Notes under the pieces: model-generated | What the model was told of the DNA's origin: nothing | The model's input: the letters and a program-made list of their open reading frames with translations, nothing else | The model's database searches: none | Translations under genes and position numbers: made by a program | From: Candidatus Latescibacterota bacterium | GTDB lineage: Bacteria > Latescibacterota > CBDEFO01 | Length of the DNA: 64,000 bases | Reading direction: 5' to 3' | Assembly: GCA_965248755.1 (NCBI GenBank) | Contig: OZ252149.1 | Span: 1,056,001-1,120,000, forward strand | Shown here: positions 28,057 through 37,349 of the stretch, in pieces | Position numbering within the stretch: the first letter of the stretch is position 1 | Layout: every line of letters begins with the position of its first letter

Positions 28057-29682
28057 CCGACATTCCCCATATCACATTCATGAGGGATTATATTTCGATA
28101 CATTCTTGTTTCTGAATTAATATTACCACTTTTACATTTTTCAACAAGTACTTTTTTCAATTAAAATAGTATTTTCCTCTGAATTATCACTTTCTTTGTG
28201 TTTAAATCCTCCAATTAGAGACACCTCTCCATCGACTCACAAAAAAATGTGGCAGTTTAAACAGAATAACATCGCAATCGTTCAATCCGGGATAATATTT
28301 CGGCAAATAACCTCTTGTCTATCCCAACCTCAGCCATTTGAAACGTAATATATCCGCTGTGTCTGACAATCTTCGCTCCGATTTTGATAAATTTCACGAG
28401 GAGGCTGCGTAGTGACCAGTGTTTGATTTTCTTCGGAAGAACAAAACGTCGCAGGAAGTTGCCCAAGTTGTAAGCCAGAACAAACAGCCAGAGCCTCACC
28501 TGATTGGAGACGAAACGCTTGCATGAGAGTCGGGTCCAGTTCAGAGCATACTTGCCCTCCTTAATCCACTGCTCAGCTCTGCCACGGCCATTGTAGAAGT
28601 GTACCACGCCTTCTGGCTTGGCGCTCATGTTGGTCACGATAAATCCCACTCTTGGGAATAACTCCCCTTGGTGCCATTCAACCTTGGCGACCACTCGCCT
28701 CGATTGATCCCAACTGGCCGCTTTATATTGAAATTCATATAACGATACAATCGGTTTCCTCGGCGGTCGTCCAACTGGCCGAGTCAGCAGGTATCGTATC
28801 TTTTCATAGAGTATCTCATTTGCGGGAAGCCGAATGGCATACAAATAGCCGTTTCCCTCCAGATAATCATAAATCTCAGGCTTTGCGAATGCAGCATCGC
28901 CTCGAAAGTATTTCCTATTCTTCTTGCTCTCGTATCTCTTGACGATCGGTTCCAGAACTTCCTTCCAACGATCAGCACTGTGAACATTACCAGAGCGAAG
29001 TAGGACTCCTTCACAATCCCCGAACTGATTGAAGCAGAACACTGGATGAAAACAGGTACATCCGAAATGACCGTTGTAAGCTGATCCTTCCTGCTGGCCA
29101 TGTACCGGACTCTCCGAACTGTCCATGTCCAGAATGATTCGTTGATGCTGTGTTTTACTCATCGCTTTTTGAACCCACTTGCCATTGATATCTGACAAGT
29201 TTCTGAGATTGTCATGCTGAGTCAGTATATCAGTTTCAAAACGTCCTATCGTGTTGGAGCTGGCAGCTTGCCTGCCTTTGTCCTTCTTTCCGGTAATCGC
29301 TCGCATGACGGGATCAACGGATAATCGCTCGGCGTCATTTACATCTTCATATCCTGCAAGACGGCTGTATATCGATTGACGCAGGAGAGTAGATATATCA
29401 TGTTGGATATTACGGCCTGTGCGTTTATCGGTAAAAACCGCTGATACCGAATCAAATAATCCCAGTGCGTAATCAAGGTCACGATACGCAAGAAGTCCAC
29501 CGTTTGATGTCACCTTTGCACCATGAAATTCAAGCTTTATTCCTCCATCAAAACCTACTTTGATTCTTTCACCCTCTGGATGATCAATATTTATCCGCCA
29601 TTTATGAGTCTTATTTATTGTAATATAACATGTTCTGGCGACTTTGACAACCATTTTTCGGGTCTAATATGGCGAATGGGGG
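28057..29682 (-). mobile_element. IS1380-family insertion sequence, copy 2 (1626 bp)
   Basis: Reverse complement of copy 1; TATAT on both flanks. Confidence 0.95.
28257..29654 (-). CDS. IS1380-family transposase
   Basis: Protein identical to 448..1845 except one M/I change. Confidence 0.95.
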   Translation of the reverse strand: MVVKVARTCYITINKTHKWRINIDHPEGERIKVGFDGGIKLEFHGAKVTSNGGLLAYRDLDYALGLFDSVSAVFTDKRTGRNIQHDISTLLRQSIYSRLAGYEDVNDAERLSVDPVMRAITGKKDKGRQAASSNTIGRFETDILTQHDNLRNLSDINGKWVQKAMSKTQHQRIILDMDSSESPVHGQQEGSAYNGHFGCTCFHPVFCFNQFGDCEGVLLRSGNVHSADRWKEVLEPIVKRYESKKNRKYFRGDAAFAKPEIYDYLEGNGYLYAIRLPANEILYEKIRYLLTRPVGRPPRKPIVSLYEFQYKAASWDQSRRVVAKVEWHQGELFPRVGFIVTNMSAKPEGVVHFYNGRGRAEQWIKEGKYALNWTRLSCKRFVSNQVRLWLFVLAYNLGNFLRRFVLPKKIKHWSLRSLLVKFIKIGAKIVRHSGYITFQMAEVGIDKRLFAEILSRIERLRCYSV

Positions 29683-29759
29683 TATATACGATATAATTGT
29701 CGTACTTGCCGAACCGAGTTGAACCGACACAAGTGGCTTGTGTACACAGAGTGAGCGTT

Positions 29760-29915
29760 CCAGATGGGATAATGCTATAGAACCGTCCGATCCTTCAGGA
29801 ACTGGCTAATATGTCAGCAACGACGAGGAAGATATTCTCCAGATTCCTGAAGAGATTAGAACGTCAGGGCTTTATCGCAACTTGAGGGAAGAATGTAGTA
29901 ATACCTGAAGAATAG
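29760..29915 (+). pseudogene. Crp/Fnr HTH-domain remnant
   Basis: PDGIML*NRPILQELANMSATTRKIFSRFLKRLERQGFIAT*GKNVVIPEE, with two stops. Confidence 0.65.
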
Positions 29916-30083
29916 GGATACCAAAGTAAGATTTAGCTCTTGAACTTGAAAAGTCTTTTGTATATCGCAGTTGAATAACATATTGAAAGTTTTAGTAGTG
30001 AAGCGTGACAGACACGTGAGGAGGTCAATATTTTCAAAAGTTGAGGAGATGGTTTAGTAGATTTTCCCATCCTAGATGAGAAA

Positions 30084-30548
30084 ATGGTACAAGTCTCTTC
30101 TCTCAAACTGGAGGTACATGTGAACGACATGGCGGAATTCTTGCGAGCTACAGATATAGGCCGAGGCCTGAACGATGAAGAAGCGGAGAAGCTAGCAGGA
30201 CTCGCAAGGGAAGTGGAATACACTGCGGGCGAAAAACTCTTCGCACAGGGAGATCTAAATGACGCCCTCTTTATTGTTAGATCAGGGGCTGTGGACATAG
30301 ATATAACTAGAGGCGAAAGCATGAAGCTTGTGATTTCAATGCACCACGGGGATATGTTCGGAGATATGGCGTTCGTAGACACCCGACCCCGCAGTGGCGA
30401 AGCAAAAGCCGCTGTGGACTCCCAGATCCTTGTATTCAGTAAGGAAGAATACGACAAATTCGCCGAAGAGGAGCCACAGACCGGACGTAAAGTGATGACA
30501 AACATAGCAAGAATCCTGTCCTCAAGAATCAGATCTATGGACAATTGA
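30084..30548 (+). CDS. Stand-alone cyclic-nucleotide-binding domain protein
   Basis: LFAQGD, LFIVRSGAV, FGDMAF...PRSGEAKA. Confidence 0.85.
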   Translation: MVQVSSLKLEVHVNDMAEFLRATDIGRGLNDEEAEKLAGLAREVEYTAGEKLFAQGDLNDALFIVRSGAVDIDITRGESMKLVISMHHGDMFGDMAFVDTRPRSGEAKAAVDSQILVFSKEEYDKFAEEEPQTGRKVMTNIARILSSRIRSMDN

Positions 30549-30887
30549 ATACGTGATAAACCAGACTGTGTCACGGAAGCAATAGGAGAGGTTGATGACG
30601 CTGAAAGCTACAGATGGAGCCCGAAAAAGTATTGTTCTTTGTGACTTGAATGAACGCTATGCTGAGTTGTTGAAGTCTAACCGCGAGTCATTTCTTACCC
30701 CAAGCAAGTAACATAGGTAGAACCTTCGAGCGGTGTTTGAGTTTCTCAGTACCAAGAAAGATGGTAGTTGAATCCAGCCTAAACCGTGGAGGCTCTATCG
30801 CAATTCCGTATCCCTAGCTCAGAGTTGACAGAGGACGTTGGAAGACGTCAAGTGTTTCTCTCACGCCAACTGGAAATGTAAGTTAGT

Positions 30888-30985
30888 GATTTCCCGTGGC
30901 CGGGCGCCTCAAGTGTTATGGCTTCACCGGCTACCCTCAGAAGGTTTTGAAGACCCCTCCCATTGGCTATCGTCACGGAACGGAT
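30888..30985 (+). ncRNA. Possible degenerate Moco/Wco-riboswitch-like RNA
   Basis: gccgg/ccggc stem enclosing CCTCAAG...TATGG, then AGG...GAAGA..CCTCCC...GGAACGGA; same motif order as the Moco RNA. Confidence 0.3.
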
Positions 30986-31057
30986 ACCGAGGGCAATTGT
31001 GAAGCTCCCAGCAAACGAGCTATGACGAAAGGTAAGAGCCGAGCCCCTCGGGTGAAC

Positions 31058-31113
31058 CTCCTCACAATGACACCTTCTGCCATCTGTCATTGCGAGAAAA
31101 GCGAAGCAATCTC
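31058..31113. repeat. Partial GTCATTGCGAG...CGAAGCAATC palindromic (REP/RPE-like) element
   Basis: ctcacaatgac...gtcattgcgagaaaagcgaagcaatctc. Confidence 0.55.
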
Positions 31114-31132
31114 GGTTTTGAGTATACATAAT

Positions 31133-31425
31133 GCAGGAGCTAGGTTCACTCGCCCAGTAGTCAGCAGCTAGGTAGGGCCACTACTCAAACGGGGCATATA
31201 GTAGCACAAGGCGAAGAGAAAGATGTCCTTCAATGAGATCACGGGGAAGGAGGCGTTTACGGGCGGGCTCTTTTTAGGTGTTAGTGGATCTCTGGCGGGA
31301 GGATGTACTATGGGCCACGCTTTGTAGGCCTGCCCCTCCTATCCCTGGGTAGCACAGTCAACACAGTCTTTGTCATCCTGGGAAGCTGGACCGTGGGATA
31401 TTTCGAGATGAAAAATAGTAGATAA
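31133..31425 (+). pseudogene. YeeE/YedE sulfur/selenium transporter C-terminal remnant
   Basis: GGLFLGVSGSLAGGCTMGHA, frameshift, then GLPLLSLGS...VILGSW. Confidence 0.65.
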
Positions 31426-31530
31426 AAAGATAAGTTCTGATAAATGCAAGGGCAAAGTACCCCGCCCGATCGGACAGCTTATATTATCTGTGTCCGAAAA
31501 GGGGTATAAAGTTCAGTCATCGTTGTCAAT

Positions 31531-31563
31531 TGGTGGAGCTGAGGAGGATTGAACCCGTGACCT
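31531..31563 (-). other. tRNA-Ala 3' fragment (att-site-like island boundary)
   Basis: Minus strand aggtcacgggttcaatcctcctcagctccacca = T-arm + acceptor strand + CCA; no 5' half. Confidence 0.75.
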
Positions 31564-32019
31564 ATTGTCCCTCAGGCTGCTCAGGGCTTTCCTTCCTGTT
31601 TAGTGTTATTCTGTCATGTTCCATCCTGTTACAGTAGAGATCTGGTAGAAACTAGTGGAAAAAGCAAGGTCAAAATTGCCTTGCATCTGCTCCGATTCCT
31701 TTGCAAAATTAGTGCGCGGTTAAACAAAACAATTGAGGGTGTAGGAGCTGGCTTGTCCGAACCACTTTTTGCAGGCTACGGACACTATTTGGACACCAGC
31801 GGTGGTAACTATGTTACAAGGCCTGTGCTTCATTGTCAAGAGTAGGATTTTGTTGCGAGCCATTCACCGCACAATTTGATTGACATCCGCCGTCTTATTT
31901 TGTATCTTCCCACCAAATTGATCGATATCTTCACTTGGGATCTTTCCTCTCGAACATAAGCTCACCCTGCGATAGATTCACTATATAGTCTGTCGCAGAA
32001 AGGGAATCTCTAAGATGAG

Positions 32020-32235
32020 ATGGAAAGTCTTCTATATTGTTATGATCCTGTGAGTTCCTTTGAATGTATCTGCCTTGCACAGGATCTTTTCAACACCAAG
32101 ATCGCCTTTGTGTCATTCCATGCTGGAAAAAGGGTAATTTACGTGATGAGCGCTGAAGGGGCACGCCAGGGACGGTTGCCGACAATATGGAGGATTACAT
32201 GTACTGGCACCTTTCTTGGTCCCGGACGGGATTAA
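32020..32235 (+). pseudogene. Possible TolB/PD40 fragment
   Basis: TKIAFVSFHAGKRVIYVMSAEG resembles a single PD40 repeat. Confidence 0.35.
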
Positions 32236-32326
32236 CATAGCCTTTGTGTCAAGACGCTATGGCAATGCTGGTATCAGATGACATAAAGAAGGGCCCGATG
32301 GAGTAGAGACCCTAAGGAGATCCCCC

Positions 32327-33358
32327 ATGAAAATTGCTATTCTTCACGGTCCGAGAGACCTTCGCCTTGAGGAGCAGTCCCTCAACACTGACAATCTGAA
32401 GCCAGACGAAATCTGGACCAAGACTCAGATTTCCGCTTTTAAAATCGGGACCGACCGCGGCAACTACGAAGGAGCCGAAAGGGTCCCGGGCGCACCCGAC
32501 TACCCCAGATGGGTCGGCGACAGCAATCTGGGCATTGTGAAGGGTGTGGGCAAAGAGGTCACCCGTTTTCAGGTGGGAGATCGAGTGGTGACCAGGCAGC
32601 CTCATCAATCCGAATACATAACCGACCAGGCAGACAGCATGGTCAAAGTCCAGGATGGCGTGGATTCAGAGGATGCTGTCTTTGCCCACCTCTACGCTCT
32701 CAGCTCCCTCTGTTATCGTAAAGCCCATTTCCAACCGGGGGAAAATGTAGCGGTCGTCGGTCTGGGCGTGCTCGGACTGGGTGCGGTTGCTCTCGGCCCG
32801 CTCTTCGGAGCCCGTGTGGTGAGTCTTGGCAATAGCCCCATCCGCTTGGAAATGGCAGATCGGATGGGTGCTCATGCCGCCTACATGTCCGACGATCCTG
32901 ACCTCGAAGCAAAGCTGGACACCTTTACTGACGGCGTGGGCCTCGACCTGGTTATCCTCACTGCGAATCCCTGGCCTGCTTACCGTACAGCCCTGCAGAT
33001 CGTTCGGCCAAACGGTCGCGTTTCCATCGTCAGCCTCCTCGGTCGCGGAGAGACCCCGCTGGATTTTAATCCGCTGTCTATGGATCTTTTCTATATCAAA
33101 GGTATTTCACTGATCGCTGTCTCGGGACCAGCGGGTTATTTATACCCGAACGACACCCAATACGCTACTATGGTGGAAGACCGCTTCGCAGCGGATCGGG
33201 ACTGTGCCTATATCCTCTCCCTGATGGAAGAGGGTCGCCTGGAGCCCAAACGCCTGATCACTCACCGCTTCCACTATACCGAGATGGTCGAGGTCTACGA
33301 GATGGCCTACCGCAGAGAGAAGTCCATGTTGGGCGTCATTTTCAACTGGCGGGATTAG
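32327..33358 (+). CDS. MDR-family (zinc-type alcohol dehydrogenase-like) oxidoreductase
   Basis: GroES-like N-domain, VVGLGVLG Rossmann motif, LITHRF. Confidence 0.85.
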   Translation: MKIAILHGPRDLRLEEQSLNTDNLKPDEIWTKTQISAFKIGTDRGNYEGAERVPGAPDYPRWVGDSNLGIVKGVGKEVTRFQVGDRVVTRQPHQSEYITDQADSMVKVQDGVDSEDAVFAHLYALSSLCYRKAHFQPGENVAVVGLGVLGLGAVALGPLFGARVVSLGNSPIRLEMADRMGAHAAYMSDDPDLEAKLDTFTDGVGLDLVILTANPWPAYRTALQIVRPNGRVSIVSLLGRGETPLDFNPLSMDLFYIKGISLIAVSGPAGYLYPNDTQYATMVEDRFAADRDCAYILSLMEEGRLEPKRLITHRFHYTEMVEVYEMAYRREKSMLGVIFNWRD

Positions 33359-33380
33359 GGCTTTGCGGGATTAGGGCTTT
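33349..33380 (+). repeat. 2 x 16-bp tandem duplication across the stop codon
   Basis: gcgggattagggcttt twice. Confidence 0.9.
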
Positions 33381-33519
33381 TAGGAGTCTCAAAAGGTGCG
33401 CTTGGATAGTCGGATAGCTTTGGGTTAGCCGGAAGTGCGGAAACCCCTATTGACAGTGACTCAAAAACGAGTGTAGAAGTGACCTAGTAGAGCGATGATT
33501 CAAGGAAGATAGACAGATG

Positions 33520-34710
33520 TCAAATGTCTCCTCTCATCATTGCTCTACCTGACCTAACTGCCCTTTCCCCAAATTGCTTACGTAGTGAGTCGACTGCTTT
33601 TTGTAATCGCTGCTTCTTTTCAAGTTCCTCATTCCACAACTTCAGTTGGCGGGCATCTCCACTCAAGTTTCTTACACCTACGCCTAACAACCTCACTGGC
33701 TGTCCCGGAATCCAATACCGTTCAAAGACACGAACCACTTCAGCATAGATCACCTCATCCAGATCGGTAGGATCTCTCATTGTGGCTTGCCTCTTCAGGG
33801 TCGTAAAATCGGGCCAGCGCAACTTCAATCTAACTGTACGGCAGGTTAAGCCTTTTCTCCTTAGTTCCCTACCAACTACCTCAGACCAAGCGTACAGAGC
33901 CCCTTTCAAGACATCCTCATCGGAAACATCCCGAGAAAACGTTTTCGCCTTGCTTATGGATTTCACCTGCAAGGTGCTTTCTATCGGACTTTCATCTATT
34001 CCCCTTGAGTGGAAGGCTAACCATCGTCCACGCACTCCGAAACGCCAGGCAAGGTATTCATCGGGCAAGCGGGCAAGATCACCGATGGTTTGGATGCCGA
34101 GTTCTTTAAAGGCTGCGGCTGTTTTTCGTCCTACACCCCAAAGGTCTGCAACCGGCAGCGGTGCAAGGAAAGCTGCTTCCTGACCAGGGGGCACCACCAT
34201 AATGGAACGAGGCGGACCGTCTTTCTGGACAGCATCTTTACCTATGTTATTAGCAACCTTAGCGACTACCTTATTACTTGCAACACCTATTGAACAAGGA
34301 AGACCCTGCTCATCCCATATGGAGACCTGTAACTGATGTGCCACCGCTTCTCCGGATACTGAGCAACGTGTCACATCCAGGAATGCTTCATCAATGGAGT
34401 ATTGCTCAACAACAGGAGTCCATCTATACATCAGTTCCATTACCTTTCCAGAGACAATTTCATATGACAGCTCCCGCCAAGGGACAATCGTTAACTTAGG
34501 ACAAAGTGTAACAGCCTTGGCCATAACCATTCCCGATCGGATTCCAAACTTTCGAGCCGGATACGAACAGGAGGCAACTACACCTCCTCGAGTCCTCGGT
34601 TGACCACCGACCGCGAAGGGCTTACCCCTGAGGGATGGATCTAATCGTTCTTCTACAGAACAGAAGAAGGCATCCATGTCAAGGTGTAATATTGTTCGAT
34701 TTGTAGGCAT
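33520..34710 (-). CDS. dinB: DNA polymerase IV
   Basis: HLDMDAFF, SYPARKFG, SIDEAFLD, LWGVG, little-finger domain. Confidence 0.95.
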   Translation of the reverse strand: MPTNRTILHLDMDAFFCSVEERLDPSLRGKPFAVGGQPRTRGGVVASCSYPARKFGIRSGMVMAKAVTLCPKLTIVPWRELSYEIVSGKVMELMYRWTPVVEQYSIDEAFLDVTRCSVSGEAVAHQLQVSIWDEQGLPCSIGVASNKVVAKVANNIGKDAVQKDGPPRSIMVVPPGQEAAFLAPLPVADLWGVGRKTAAAFKELGIQTIGDLARLPDEYLAWRFGVRGRWLAFHSRGIDESPIESTLQVKSISKAKTFSRDVSDEDVLKGALYAWSEVVGRELRRKGLTCRTVRLKLRWPDFTTLKRQATMRDPTDLDEVIYAEVVRVFERYWIPGQPVRLLGVGVRNLSGDARQLKLWNEELEKKQRLQKAVDSLRKQFGERAVRSGRAMMRGDI

Positions 34711-35711
34711 GACGTTAGGATTTTCAGAACAACCCCTAATTTAAAGACTATGTAAATAGAACATAAAGGGCTTTAGACTTTTCTGCAGTTATTTCAATAG
34801 TATTCCCGTCTGACACAAATAGTGGAACTATACATAAAGATACTATTCATACATATACTTGTCAAGGATTCTTTTAGTTCTCGACTGAGAATGTTCAATG
34901 AATTCTTTACATGATGAACATATAGAACCTAATACGGACTGTAGCTCCCTTCGATTTAGACAACAACTAAACAACCTGGGGTAGTATGTAAGTCTGTGCG
35001 TAAGCTTGAATGAATACTTGCTTGGGGAGACTTGGTGGACTTTGAGGAGGAAGAACAAATTTTAGCTTGACTTCTCAGAGGGAAATCTCTATCTTTTTCC
35101 CCATACGAAAAGCTAGATGAAATCCGGCAACATACCTTTTCCACTGCCCACACAGTTCCAAAATCGTTTAGAAAACCCTCGAAAAACGCATAAATTTATA
35201 CGAAATAGTAGAAACGACTCTTGTCCGCGATTGAACCTATCGGGGATTGCTGAGTTTACGTTGCCTAACATACTTAAAATAGATTTCTTACACATGGAAA
35301 TTCTCACGGCTCAACGGTTTGAAAGGGTTGTCTCAAAACTGTGCCCAAAATTAAGAGCTTTCGGTGGAGGTCCTGACGTCGGTGGCATAGAGGCCAAGGA
35401 TTCAATCCCGCACATCTAACTCCTTTCCTGAAGCCTATTGAGATGCTGCCCTCAAACATCTCTCCTGCCACAGGGTGGATCCCATTCAAGCACAGAAGTC
35501 CAACTATAGTCTGGCTAAGTAGCCAAGCCAGATGACGCCGCAACCCTGCCCGAGCGGTGGCTCCGCCGCGTAAGAAAGGCAGAGGACACATCAGCCATCA
35601 ACGAGATGTTGGCCGCGGATGCCCTATGATCCAGGAGGTCAGCTCATTCCGCTCCGTAAAGCGTGCTCTTATGTCGTCAAATTAAAACCCATTCCAGTGG
35701 AGGCACCCCTG

Positions 35712-36491
35712 ATGAGTTCCATAAATAATGTCGAGCGGTTCCGTAAGAGACTCGACGAAAACAAGATCTGCGTCGGCACGTCGGTGCAACTGTGTGATCC
35801 ATTAGTAAGCGAGCTGGCTGCGGAGGCCGGCAACGACTTTCTCTGGATCGAGATGGAACACTCCCACATGGGCCTTGCGGACGCGATGGGACACATCATG
35901 GCCTGTCGAGGTACGCAAACGGCGCCGCTTGTGCGGGTCTCCCATCCCGATCGTAATCTGATCAAGCCGTTCCTGGACCTGGCGCCGGCGGGAATCATCG
36001 TTTCCATGCTCGAGTCAGCCGACCAGACGTCGGAGATGGTTAAGGCATGCAAGTATCCACCGCAGGGCAACCGGGGATTTGGGCCGATCCGCAACATGTA
36101 CGGCAAGAACTCCATGGCAGAACACCTGGAGACGGCCGACGAACAGATCATGGTCTTCGCACACATCGAGACGATTCAAGCCGTGCGAGATCTGGATGCG
36201 ATCACGCGTATACCGGGGCTCGACGGGCTCAGCCTTGGCCGCAACGACCTCTCCGGGACGCTGAACAAGCTCGGCCAGCACACCGACCCTGAAGTTCTCG
36301 AAGCAATTGACACCGTCATCACGAAAGGAGTTGAGGCTGGACTGCATGTCGGCTGCTCGATCGGGACCGATCTAGATCAAGTCAGGGAGTGGCGCGCAAA
36401 GGGCATGAAGTGGTTCGCGCTGGGCGAAGAAGTCGGCCACATCTTTGACGGTGCCAAAACCATTGCAGACGAGGTACATGCAATGCAGTAG
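35712..36491 (+). CDS. HpcH/HpaI-family aldolase
   Basis: WIEMEHS, KYPPQGNRGFG, HIET, GRNDLS. Confidence 0.88.
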   Translation: MSSINNVERFRKRLDENKICVGTSVQLCDPLVSELAAEAGNDFLWIEMEHSHMGLADAMGHIMACRGTQTAPLVRVSHPDRNLIKPFLDLAPAGIIVSMLESADQTSEMVKACKYPPQGNRGFGPIRNMYGKNSMAEHLETADEQIMVFAHIETIQAVRDLDAITRIPGLDGLSLGRNDLSGTLNKLGQHTDPEVLEAIDTVITKGVEAGLHVGCSIGTDLDQVREWRAKGMKWFALGEEVGHIFDGAKTIADEVHAMQ

Positions 36492-36570
36492 GTGATCGTC
36501 TTCCCACATGGTCGACGCAAACCAGAGCGAACGCTTAACGATCGGCTGGGTGCCTTGACCAGACGGGAAT

Positions 36571-37205
36571 TTGGCAAGGACACAAAAGGCTGAAAAATGC
36601 ACTTGTCTTGACGTCACTGCTGCTCTGCGCCGCAATATATCAGGTCCGAGAGAGCCTCTTGGGTTACTAGCGGCTTCCCCGATAGGTTCAATCGGGAAGG
36701 ACTTCTCGAAGGGTGCTTTTGACGCGGCGGGTGCGAACTTCTATGTGTCTTGCGGTGAGCGCGCTCAGATGATACGCACGTGGGACGTCAATAACGACGA
36801 GAATATCGATCTGTATTTCGGTAACTCGCACGATCTGATAGAATACGAGCCATCACGGGTCTATCTTCAGCCAGATGGTAAGCCAAGTCCTGACGCAAGA
36901 TTAATGTTGCCCACGCGGCATTCATCTTCACAGTGCGTAAGCGACTTGGATGGTGAGGGTTATACAGACGTTATCATACTCAATTATATGTGGGTGCCCG
37001 ATCCTGTGGTTAGGGTTTCATCTACTGGGGTGGACCTGAAGGTCTGAGCCCTAAGTATCGGACTTCTATTCCGACGTTCTCTGCCCTGTAGGCGTCAGCG
37101 CTCGGGATGATGGTGGCTGCTTTCAACCACGACGGCTGGCCCGATCTTTCATTTTGCAATTTTTAAGCATGATCCTGGCGGTAACCATCGGACACTTTAC
37201 ATTGC
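36571..37205 (+). pseudogene. Collapsed paralog of the FG-GAP gene at 46176..49088
   Basis: Colinear with ~46280..46775 (with frameshifts), then jumps to sequence matching ~48550..48660. Confidence 0.85.
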
Positions 37206-37349
37206 CGCGAACAATCGTATGGTGCTGATCGCCACCGTTGACAAGCCCCACCAGTAGGTGACGGCTCACCTGGAGGGACGGCGATTGGCGCTACGACGAG
37301 GTGCTCGCCACCGGGGTATGCGCGGGATCCCAGAATACAGGAGACTGAC

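Noticed and set aside
420..29682. Composite transposon formed by the two IS1380 copies
   Set aside because: Each copy has its own target duplication, and the interrupted DUF4159 gene is colinear across copy 1.
29880..29890. Selenocysteine at the TGA in the Crp remnant
   Set aside because: Not a Cys position, and the same frame also has a TAG; ordinary decay.
31531..31563. Intact tRNA gene
   Set aside because: Only the T-arm and acceptor 3' strand are present; no D-arm or anticodon arm.
34720..34930. LexA box upstream of dinB
   Set aside because: Scattered GAAC/GTTC half-sites, but no spacing matching a box I can support.
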